Source of the DNA: Acanthaster planci
Taxonomy: Eukaryota
Direction of reading: 5' to 3'
Assembly (NCBI RefSeq): GCF_001949145.1
Contig: NW_019091356.1
Span: 2,612,932 to 2,676,931 of the forward strand
DNA: 64,000 nucleotides
Shown piece after piece: positions 13,501 to 25,500 of the stretch. The translations under genes were made by a program, and so were the position numbers. A model generated the notes under the pieces. The model was given only the letters and a program-made list of their open reading frames with translations. It ran no database searches and had not been told where the DNA came from. Every line of letters begins with the position of its first letter. Within the stretch, counting starts at the first letter, position 1.

Positions 13501-16500
13501 GGGAAAACTAAAATAACAGGAATTTCTGGTTCAGTCAGAAAAGGAAACCAGTCGGATATGCTAGCACTCCTCATTGCAAACTTGTAGAGACATTTGTTTG
13601 CATTGCAGGTTTTTTTTTTCACAAGAATGCAAGTGGCATTCAAACCATGCAATTTGCTTTACGCTTTCTTTTTTTTTGCTTGTTACCTTTGGGAAGAAAA
13701 AAAGCAACAGTTAATTTCATGCTTTCCATATCCCATTGCTCATTCCTTTACCATTCATCGCGTCAGTGAAGAAAAATCACTGGCGCTTTATAGGAAAAAA
13801 CCTTTCATTGCTGCAGGTCATTTTATTAAACTTCTCAAGAAAGAAACTCTAACGTTTTGGATTATTTGAAGGGAAGGCTGCCACTTTCACATGGGTTTGA
13901 AAGCCAACATGAATTTGAACGTTTCATGTCGTATCAAACACTTGCATCGCCAATTCAACTGAAACATCAAATTGGCTTCATTCTCACATTTTTCTGAAGC
14001 ACCAACTGGCCCTGACATGTTTTTTTTCTCCAAATTTCTAATTCACCCTTTACAGAAAAGAAAATAAAAAAAAAAAAATCAAAAGTCTTTCTCTCTCATT
14101 TCTGCTAGTGTGTTGTTTGTCCCCCGTTTTCCACTCTTTGATTTTTTTTGCATTCTAGACCCTTTCGCTGCCTGTAGTTGTGGTGTCGCATGGTAACCAA
14201 GAATGCAATGCTTTAGCAACCATTCTCTGGGATAATGCTTTTGGTGACTGCTCATCAGTAAGTTTTTTTTTTCCGGCCGTCCCGGCCCAGTGTTGGACAG
14301 CGAAGTGTCTGAGAGCAGGGCAGGCCGTGGGATGGTCAAAGACGGTAACAAACCCTTGCATGGCTTCATGCTAACAGTTTGCTTTGGACAGTGTGGTGTT
14401 TGCTTGCTTGCCAGCTAAATCGTTGTTCATGCTTAACCAATTAAAATGGCTATCCGCATTCTTGCCAAAAAAATCTTCCCCCAAAACTTCTCCAAAAAAA
14501 AAATAAAAAAAGATGAAGAAATGTACCTTTTATTTCTCCTATTCTACCGATTCTGAAATGTCATTTTAATTCATTTTCAGCCAATTGACACCGTATTAAA
14601 AACTGAATAACCAGTAACCGAAAAAATCAGCCAAAGGTCAATCCGTGCTTGTTCCTGCCCACATTTCATGGACAGTCCGTTGTCGTTAACACTGGGTCTT
14701 TTTTTTGTTCTTAGTCACTAGCTTGTGATGTTATAACGGGGCTCTGCTGCCCCTGGTTGTTTATCCAACAGACCATGTCCCTGCCGGTCGTGGTGATTGT
14801 CCACGGTAACCAAGAAGCCAACGCATTGGCCACGGTCCTGTGGGACTATGCCTTTGCCGAGCCTGTAAGTTTGTCGTTTGATCGTTAAACGAAAAAAAAA
14901 ATGACATAACAAGGTCACGTCCGTCCCCCTGCTTCTCCCCTTCCAACCTGCTAGTCTGCATCAGGGGGTCGGCCTGTTCACGGGCTTCATTCTAAGCTTT
15001 AAGACCACTAGACTAGCTGCTCAAGAAATCTTCCAGATCAGAGAGAGATTTTTTTCCCATCTGTGGTGGAGAAAAAATTGTCCTAAGCGCTACCAGACTC
15101 GTACTTCAGATAGTTCATTGGTCAAGTCAGAAATTTTTCTGCTAACTGGAGAGGTACGAGGAATTATAGTGGGTCAAAACTAAATAAATGGACTGATATA
15201 TTTTAGAGGTGGTGACTGTGTTTACTTACATTATTGATTCTGTTGCAGATAGCTAACCTTTCTCCGGATTTAAATTTTTTTTCCTGACATGACAGGGTAG
15301 GATACCATTTGCCGTCCCTGACAAGGTGCCGTGGCCGGAAATGGCCCAGGCCCTCAACTCCAAATTCATGGCCGTCAATGGTCGTAGTTTGTCCAACGAG
15401 AACATGCAGTACCTGGCCATGAAGGCATTCAGTGGTAAGACTTAGAATACGTTGTTTTGGGGAGTCCTGTGCTGATGCAGTATGCCTTATTTACAAGGCT
15501 GCCATTTTTTGATTATGATCCTGTATCTATCCTGTCCAGTACAATCTGTTCGATGGGTGGTGCCAGACTATTTTGAGTACCAAGCCTCACTTTCATTTTT
15601 TTCTTAAATGTGGCCCAAACATAAAGATATAGTTGACCAGAAATTTTAAATTACTCATCAGCATAAATGACATTCATTTGTAATGACTTTTTTTTGTCTC
15701 TTTCATTTGTATTTCCTGGTTCCTAAAATAAAAAAGTTAACATTGTTTTGAGGCTGACTTGGGAATAGAACCTAGTTATGAGATTGTGAGGTATTTTTAA
15801 ATAGCTTACGAGGAAAAAATGTCATTCTGGGACCCAGGCCGTGTAACTTGATAAGCCCAGTTCTTGCGTGTGATTTCTTGGGACTTTCCCAGAGCCAGGA
15901 TGTGTGACTCCATATGGTGAAATTTTAGAGCTTTGCTAAAATCATTCAGGTTTTGCTGTACTTGCTAGCATTTTGTACCATTGTGAGATTTGCGTCACAT
16001 GTCCAGTGTGGCAGGTGTTCAGAGTCGATGAGGTGGTTTCACGTTTCCATTTTACAGGTCAGAACGTACAGACTGATGACTACAACAGCATGTACATCAG
16101 CTGGAGTACATTCAACAGGGTATGTCGTTACGATGTCACACTTATCACGGTTCTTCTGCCCCGGTTGAAACTGTCATTTCTTGAAGCGATCTTCATCTGT
16201 GGTTTTCTTTGCGGAAGTCTTAATCATTCAGTGTAATCATTTCTGGAAGTGATTTTCACATGTGGTTTTCTTTGCGGAAGTCTTAATCATTCGAAGTAAT
16301 TATTAGCTTTTCAACAACTTTTTTGGGTAGGATCCCCTGCCTGGCTGCACGTTCACCTTCTGGAAGTGGTTTCACGGCGTCTTGGAGCTGACAAGGAAAT
16401 ATCTGCGCGCACCGTGGAATGAAGGGTGAGACGTCATTGATAAGTAGAAATCCAGCCTACGTGCCAGCTGCTACGTGTTTCCACAATCAATTTTTTCTGT

Positions 16501-19500
16501 ATTCGGTACACGTCTTGTGTTCTTGTGCAAGTAGACGGCACCCAAGCCCCGCCAACAATCCATCCATGAAATATTAACTGCTTCAAGCCCTGTAATAAAG
16601 TAGGTTTCTGGGGTGATCCACGGAGGAGTTTTCCCCCCAAATACGGTGGCTCATGGAGGGAGGTTGGTTTTACAGCACGAGAAATGGGAGTAGCCTGTGC
16701 TTGCTTTATCACACCTTTTCCACGGAGTCTCTTTTATTTCAGTGGTAACTGATTAATGTCAATCCAGTTAATGATGTGAACCTGTTTGCGTACAAAATCT
16801 GTTGAAAATTAACCCTAACCCTCCTCAATCCTTCACCTGTTGGAGGACTGAGGAGTGTTAGGGTTAACAAGAAGTTTCCCAAACGGACCTGTCACAGGAT
16901 GTTTGAACCCAGCTCTGTAGCGAAAGCATGTGGGAACATGCTCAACACGCACACCCATGTGCAAGTCTACACGGTATTGGTTGCTGGGGCTTTAGTTGCC
17001 ATGGTTACAGTAATTTTATTGCTGTAGGTATAGTTCGTTTGGCCATGCACATCAGGATGACAAAGAGAATGAATACCATGTGACTAGCTCTCAGCCAATC
17101 AAGTCCGTGGTTGAGAGTGAGAGGTTATATGATCTGTCATCTTGTTTCGCCATCCTGTACTGCAGGTCTATCCTGGGCTTCATCACCAAGGAGCACGCCC
17201 AAGAGCTGCTCCTGACCAAGCAGACGGGTACCTTCCTGCTGCGCTTCAGCGACTCCAAGCTGGGCGCCATCAGCATCACGTGGGTCAACGAAGACCCGAC
17301 CACAGGTCAGAGCTGCAGGCTGGAAGCTGCTGAATGCTTTTGCGGCACGGGGCCAGCAATCCAAGCCTCTCCGTCGCTCCACCCCCCCACCCTCCCCCCC
17401 CCACCATCCCCCCACCATCCCCCTACCGTCTTCCCACCATCCTCCCCACCGTCTCTCTCCCCTTCCCCTCCCCCTGTCGGTTTTAACAGCTTGTGTCAGC
17501 AAGCTTTCCAACCTTCAATACATGCACATCGAGTCCATATTTCAACTTTGAAGTGAATGCAGATAAATTTACGTAAGTCAGCAGAGATGCTGACCAACTC
17601 TCCAATCTTTCTTTTGCTTTCAGATAACTGGGGATCGAAATACTATTTCCGCACAAATATTGGGACCTTGAAAATTCTGCGCAACAGAGTGCATTCCGAA
17701 GTTGCAAAATTCTGTACTTTTTCTGAACACAGAGAAGAAGGTTGTTCCTCAAGAAGAATTTCTACCTCAGAGTTATACTTAATAGTGCGAGGAGGCATCC
17801 CAAACTTGCACTGCTCGCAATTGATGCGTTGCAAATTTGACGCCCCCTCCTTCCGTCCCTTCTCGACTTACAGGAGACAGGCAAGTGCTGAACCTGCTGC
17901 CCTTCTCCAGCGAGGATTTCCACATCCGTTCCCTTGCCGACCGCATCCACGACTTGCCCCACCTGACCAACCTCTTCCCGGACATTCCCAAGGACACGGC
18001 GTTCGGTAACTTCTACACACCAATGGACGGTGAGTTCCTCCGGCGTATTTTTCACTTAGTCTGGAATGTTTTCCTTGTCTCCAGCTCTCAAAAATCATGG
18101 AGAGGTCCCCCCCATTTTATAATTGGCTCAAGAAATCCCTTACAAGTGCTGTGAGTTGGTGACTAAATAAATTAACAAGGTAATTGATTTTGATTTGCCC
18201 TAGATATAACTTAAAAATATCGTTTCAAAATACACTGTAGCATTTTTCTTGCATTTTTCTTCTGTTTAAGTGGCATCACCATCTGCTTTCCAATGCCAGA
18301 CTTAATGCATAATGTAAAAATCATGGTAAATTCCAAGTTAGAAAAAGTGAGCTGTTAGATTTCTGTTCACATGTATTAAGTCTGATTAAAATCAGATACT
18401 AACTTCTTTAATAGTTCAAACTGTCCAATTCATATAATGTGCTTTTCTTGGAATTTTTTTTTTTATCTGCAGAAGTACTCCCGCAAGCTGGAGATGGATA
18501 CGTCAGTTCTGTACTGGTCAGTAAGATTCCCCAGTTGAGGTCAGTATCTTAATGGCTGAGTTACTATCTTTCTTTTTATGTCATCCCAACCGCCTTGGAA
18601 ATTCTCCAACTTTCATTTAGTTGAGTTGAGATTCGGGGATTCATGCAGTGCCCATGGCTCTGCCGTCTGTCGCAAAGAATGGATATCGTTTTGTTGTTGG
18701 CAATCACTGTATTTCACATTTTTGCAAAGACACTGTGATTTCAGTAACTTGGGCCGTGTCCGAAACGGCCTTCCAGAGCTACGGCTAGGTCTATTGTCTA
18801 CGCATCTCCGCACATCTCCATTGGAGGGAAGACCTAGACCTAGCTCTAGACAACAGATGCGGATGCAGCCTAAGGCTCCCAAACAAACTTGTATTGTGCT
18901 AGAGTGTCAATTGTTAGTGCATGAAGTCTGTAATTGGCAGAGCCAAGAAAGTCATATATCGCTGTTTTCAATTTCAACATCTTGGAAGGTCATGGAAACT
19001 TGTCCAAAACGGCAGAGGTTTTGGGAAAATTAGGGAATTTTGTTGGATCAGTTGCTCCTAGATTATTTCCTTTTGTGCAAATTAATTTTTTGTACATTTG
19101 GACTTTAGGCTTAGTCAAATTTGACCTTCCATTCAATAAAATATTTGAATACTCGGTTGCACTGAATTTCCTTTACAGTACAAATTAAATTTGTTTAGTT
19201 TTTAAAAACTTAAAGAAAATGTCTTTTTTTGGCCTTAATGTGGGTATATGTATTTTCAAGTACATGCACTTACACCTTGAAATATGCATTCTGATGAAGG
19301 TTTGTAACTAAGGATTTGAATTTCCCTCTTTTTTGAACTTCATTGATATTCATCTCTGTGTGCTCAATTTTGAAAAAAGGAGCACTGGGATATTTGACCA
19401 ACAGTTGAATATCTGGATATTGGAGTAATCAGTTTGACCCTCATGTATGCACGGTGCATTGGTGACATGTAGGCGCGGACAAACGTTTTTAATGAGCAAG

Positions 19501-22500
19501 GTTTCAGAAAGCAAGCGCACCCCCATAGACCTTGTGACCGCTGAAATATTGAACTGAATATAACAGCAATAGAATTTGGGTTCAATTTTTTTTTTTATTT
19601 AAATGATTACAGCGCTCCACCGAGCTACCCGATTGAGAATCCCGGATCTGTAGAACCAGCTTCCCCACAGCAACAGCCTCATAACAGCAGGCAAGAGTTT
19701 GTGGACTTCGGCGGGTAAGTGCAGCCTGTTGTCGGTGGGGGTGGGGGGTGGGGGTTTGGGGTAGGGGTGATGGGCAGGACGGTGCATCACGGAGGGTTTT
19801 CTTACAGAGGGGCCATTTTCAGTTTTGCAGTCGTCATCTTGCATTACATTATTCCGACATTAGGTCATCCCCTCTTCACTGTTGACCTGGGGCATCGTGC
19901 AGGACAGATGCATTTGGAATCACACAAACAGGGTTCTTGAGACGAATTTCCGAAGAGCAACCAAACTTGTTTTAGCGAAATGCGCATTCTCTACAGAGTG
20001 CTGAATACAATTTGACTGACAGCAGTGACTAGCTTTTGAAGAATCACGCAACTGTTTTTACCGTACTTGCAAACTTTCCAGCTGAAACTACATGGATATA
20101 AATGCGGCTGGAAAATGCCGAGTGCTAGTGTAAAGGGAATACTGTTCAGTGTATGGACTTTGGTTGTTTGTTCCTAATGCTCTGAGAAATGACCCTCTCT
20201 GTGGTAACCGTTCAGTGACCCTCTGTATCGTGGACTGCCCGTTTCTGTCAAATTGTTTGTTTGTGTCACCGCGGACTCTGTTCGGCAGATTAAAACAGGA
20301 GCCAGGGGAGGAATAGATTCTACTTGAGGTCCTTGCCAACTGGCGTAGATGTTATAGATACATGCCGATGGTGGGTGGAAGTAAATCTCTGTTGAGAGTG
20401 TGTGCCAACTTGATTGGGGTGGGGTGACGGGAACATTGGAATTGTCAGAAATGTATCTTAAAGCAGGGGAGTCATTGAATTGGGTGAAGTCTTTTGAAAT
20501 CATTTTGATACTCCAGCCTGGGCAGGAAATTTTAATTTTTTTCTGATTTGTCTCTGGTAACATGGGGAATGGGCAATTGCTGCAAAAATGGCCCCCCAAG
20601 TAAGTGCAGATTCGTCATTTGACTTGGGCAAAATTTGCCAAAACCTGTGTTATTGTTCCTAGATCGCTTAGTGGCTGACCACATTACGCATGTAAACAGT
20701 AAGAGTTAAAATCAAAAGTTAAGATCAGGAGTAATTTTCCACAAGATCTGATGCAGGGTTTTCATAAAGAATATTTCAGATACAAGATCTGCCCAGTGGA
20801 GTCATCATAGCAGTGTTTTCCTCTATTCTTCTTGTCATACCAAAAAGTCATTTTTCAAGTTCAGGAAACTGAAGCATCAACTCTGACTCAGCAAAAAAAG
20901 AAAAATTGGTGGCTTTTTTGAGCCTGTTTGTTACAGAAGTGATAATTACCCTCCCCATTCTTGGGCTAAACTGAGAAGTTTGCCATGCCGAATTTGCCAC
21001 AGCATTTCTGCCATGCTTTTTTGCCGTGGCCAAAAAAAAAAAGCCAAAAAAAAAGCCATGCCCTATTTGCCATGGCTTTTTTGGCATGCATTCACATTTG
21101 TCCCAAACTTGTTCTCTTCTGGCTTTTGGTGCAGCAGAACTTTCTGGTTTGTCACCAGCAGTGGGACAACTGTGTGTGCGATCAATCTCGTTGACCTTCG
21201 GTTCATGTATGAAATATCTTCCGTTCTTTTGAAGTTGGTTCTAAGTGATCACAAAACAGAATTTTTAATAAGCATGCTGCGTGCATGCCGTTGGTTTTTA
21301 AAATTAGAGAACTTAAAAAAAATTACTGTTTATGTAAATGTGGATTTTCATTTGTGGAACTCAGTGGAAACATTTTATCATACATAAAGAATGTGCACAC
21401 CCCACCTACAGTAACAAAAGAAAAGGAAGAAAAAAAAGGACAGCGATAGATCATGGCTGGCAAAAAAAAAAAAAAAAGCAGCACGTTCTTGGAACTTGCT
21501 GTGAGTCCTCAGATTTCGGAGGACAGAATTTGCCAGACCTCCCCTGCCCTGGGCCGAACGCCTGCCCTGGGTTTAAGAGTCTTCGTAATTCGGTTGTCAT
21601 CAACGGCAAACATCTCGTCAGCGGTCGGGCGCTTTTGCAGTCAACAAAAGCAAGAAAAACCTCTGCATTCTTTGATCTGTATGATAAGATGGATCCATCA
21701 ATTTGAACCAAAAGTGAAAAGAGAAAACAAAAAAAAATTCAAAGCAAATTTCAATTTTTTTCCTTTTTTTTTTTGTTTGTTTCGTTTGGGATCTCTATCT
21801 CTGCTGCAGGGGAATGGACGCAGCCAGCCCCCCAAGCTAACAGGGATCTTTGCCGTTCATGCCCGATTGATTCCTTTGTAAATAACACCAACCCACCCCT
21901 CAGTCGCAACGGTCTCCGACTGTCTAAAAGGACTCTGCCTACCCCTTCTTATGTTCAAAGAGAGAGAAAGAAAGAGAGAAGGAACATGGCATGGAGTCAG
22001 GGAACCAGTTTGGATTAAGCAGGCTGATAATCCTTTCTTTGAAGTTTCGAAGAGGGGGAAGTCCATCAGGAGAGAATCTGGAAGGATTTTTTTTTTTATA
22101 TTTTATTTTTTTGGTGGTAATTTGATGGAATCAGGAGCTATGAGACTCCCTGCATCGCCAAGCTTCTTTTTTTTCCCGTACCAGTGAACTTCTCCACTTG
22201 ACTTGCCCCGTTTAAGGAGTGCGCGTCAATCCCAGCAGGAGTTTGACCCAGCCAATTTTTTAGCAAAACTGAAAAGCAATAAAGAAATGAACTTAAGGTT
22301 TCAAAAAGATGTGGGTGTTTAAAAAAAAAATAGGTGGAATCTGTTCACTGAAAAACAAGAAAAGTAGACGGAAAAACCCAAACACATAAATGGGACACTG
22401 TTGATGGCATTATTCTTGTTTCGTCTGAGAATTTGTTTTCTGTGGAAATATGTTTTTCATCGTGTAGTTTAAGAAGACATATTTTAAAAAAAGAAAAAAT

Positions 22501-25500
22501 TTGGAGAAAATCAGAATCATTGTGGTAAACCTTGTGGAGCTATGTTTTACAGCATAACCGTTTAATCTGAGTACTTGTGGTTTTCCTGAAGAATGACTGG
22601 TACGAAATTGAAACATACAGCAAAACAAAATGCAAAAAAAGTAAGTAAATAAGTACATAAATATATAAAAATAAAAAATTAAAAGACGTTGAGGCTAAGG
22701 GATGGTCAGGCTGTGTTGGCTGGCCAGAGTCAAGCAAGGGCACTCTCAACTGACAACTCCCGATTGGAGGTCGCATCTGAATGTCCTGGCTAGCTTACAA
22801 CTAGTAGTGACAAGTATGGTTAAGTGGAAACCGCAGACGTAGTGGCTGCGTCCTTACAGCTAGTCACATCCAAGACGTTTGAAAGCGTTGTAAAGTCCGG
22901 GGTGGGTTGCACCAACAGGGTCTTAAATTTGTTGCTTAAGCAGTCAGATCAATCATGGCCAACGGGCTCTCTTAGCAAGTCTTGGATAGGACAAAAAACG
23001 GAGCCTTCATAATAAGCCAGTCTTTACTTGGCCAGCTTGGAAGAATAATTCACGGGCAGGTTTGTGGAATTATTTATCTTCCATTCCATGGGCAGATATT
23101 TTATCCCAAACGTAGACCATCTAGGCTAACTCAGGCAGGCAAACCTTATCAAGATGGGCTCAACACATGGACTGCTTCTAAAAACCAACTAACTGTACAC
23201 CCTTTAAGACCAGTCAACATACACAAACGTCGTCAAGACTAGTTCTTGCAATCTATTCCTTCTGATTCAAACGTGAGAGGCAGTCTGAATTTTCTTTTCC
23301 AAAGAAAACAAAAATTATAGAAACCTTGTTAACATTTGCCATTGAGTTTCTCACTTTGACGTTTCCTTGTTTAGCTTTTGTAAGTTTTGATCTTGTGTGT
23401 ATGATGCTTATGATTTTGTATAAATGCATAAAAAAGTTTCTATACATATTAGATATTTTCCAGCTAGTGTGCTTTGAGTGCAGTAAATAAAGCCGAATAG
23501 AAAGAAAAATACATTGGCCAATTTTAAATGCTTTGAACAGAGACTCTCTGGCTAGAGCATTAATAAATGTACCAGTTTTCCTACTTCTTTTTCAACAGAT
23601 TGATAAAATAACCTAGAACTTTGCCAACTTTATTAATGCTATTTTACTCCAGCAAAATGCAACACATGGTGTCATGGCATTTTGATCGATTCGGGAATGT
23701 TAATCACTTTTTTTTTCCATTTTTTTTTCTGCGGCACGTGACGTGTTCATCTTTTAAAGAGAATTGGCTTTTAATTTACAACATAGTGTTGACTTTTCAA
23801 GAAAGATTCTGGCTTTGTCAACATGGCTGTCAAGTCGTCCTGCCTTGGCCAACCAGACATTTTTGCCACATTTCAGACATTTTGGCACTTATTTGAGGAC
23901 TAGTTGCTTTGACAAATACACTATACTTTTCCAACCAAACTAAACCAACAAAGTTTCTTTTTTGATGAATTTGAAAGAATGTTTCTATTCGTTGCTTAGA
24001 AAGATTTAGAAGAACATTCTGAGTTGAAACTTTTTTTTTTTTTTATAATTTTGTCATTAGTGGAGTGTAAACAAGGGATTCAAAATCAAACAAACTCACA
24101 GGAAACATTAAAGGTCATTATTTCCAAGAGAGAGAGTGCAGTTTTTGAATGCCCAAAAACTGTACCCAAATTTCAAAGATCGACTCACAGAATTTAGCAA
24201 TTTATCAGAGTTCTGTAAATGTTGGGAAAAGAATTACTTCAATTTTTTTTTTAAATCTCTCACATGGTGCTCAGAGACGGAAGACATTTTCTTTAAACTA
24301 GACTCGTAGATTAGTGAGCAGTGACTAAAATGTATGTACTAGCATGATGCCATCTTTATACAGAACAGAAGGTAAAACTATTGTAAATAGATCTCTTTGC
24401 AAAAAAAAGTCATTTTTTATTTTTTAATGTTTAATTGCTCTTACTGTAGGAAAAGATGAGGTTTTAAGTGTGGCATTCCATTGTTTAAAAGATAAAACAA
24501 ATTTTGAGTGAGCTTCTGGGCAGATTTTTCTGTTTTTGTTCAACCAGGGGAAAAATATGCATTTTTGCTGAGATTTGGACTTTTTGTTTCGCTTGTGCAC
24601 TGTGTTGTGAAATTGTCAAAAATCCTATTAATGTAAACTCATTAAATTCTTACAAGAGCAAACAATGTGAATCGCGAAGTTGGTACTGTGTATACTTTGG
24701 TTTTATTTCTTGATGCCATGATTGAATGTTCTTTACGTTTTCAAGTGAATTTCATCCATTTCCTCTTTCATTATTGAACTTGTTCTAATAGAAATTCCAA
24801 TAAAATGAGCAAAAATATCCCATCAGTAGAAACGTTTTTGCAGATGGTGAGCCAAAACTCATGAAGCTCATAAAGCAAAAAAAAAAAAATAAAAAAATAA
24901 AAAAAAAAAACCCACATAATTATGATTTGAATGAACAAACTTAGAAACTGAGTAACATGACCGGGTGTCTTTCACACTAAATTGTGAGAGACAGTGCAAT
25001 TGGTGTTGCACTGAACAAGTCTTGCCGAGTGCTGCATTGCTTGAGGAATTCCTTAATCAGAACTGTTCCATGCTCCATTAGACAATACATGTACATGGGA
25101 CTGAAGATAATCCCAGATTCCAGTAACAGCGAAGTGGAAAGCTGGATCCAAATTTCCAGACTTGTTACTTCGGCTTTTTATTTCTAAGGCAGGGCGGAGC
25201 TAAAGAATTACAATGGGGAGGGCTTTACAGTCATTTGCTACATTTCATGTACTTATGCACCCCCTAAGTTTATGGGAATAGTAGCTTTCAAGACAAGGGA
25301 TCGCAAATCAGAAAAAAAGGGCCCATGCAGAAAGTGGGAGGGTATGACAAGTGGGCGTGTTATGTGATATTATTTTGGCATGAGTTGGGACACCCTCTCT
25401 TGTCCAGTGATTTGACAATGTAAGGTTCATTTGTCTAAGCCTTCTGATATGCCTTACACTAGAGATATGAGGTAATTAATAGAGTTTATGAATCGGTGGT

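Noticed and set aside
6461..21495. GAS-like TTCYNRGAA sites in STAT introns (6461, 8231, about 18446, about 21487) as autoregulatory elements
   Set aside because: Several such 9-mers are expected by chance in this much AT-rich DNA, and they do not cluster.
22185..22216. Another acceptor giving [10 protein letters not shown] as a STAT terminal exon
   Set aside because: It lies within the likely UTR of the 21810 exon, and short read-throughs to a stop arise easily by chance.
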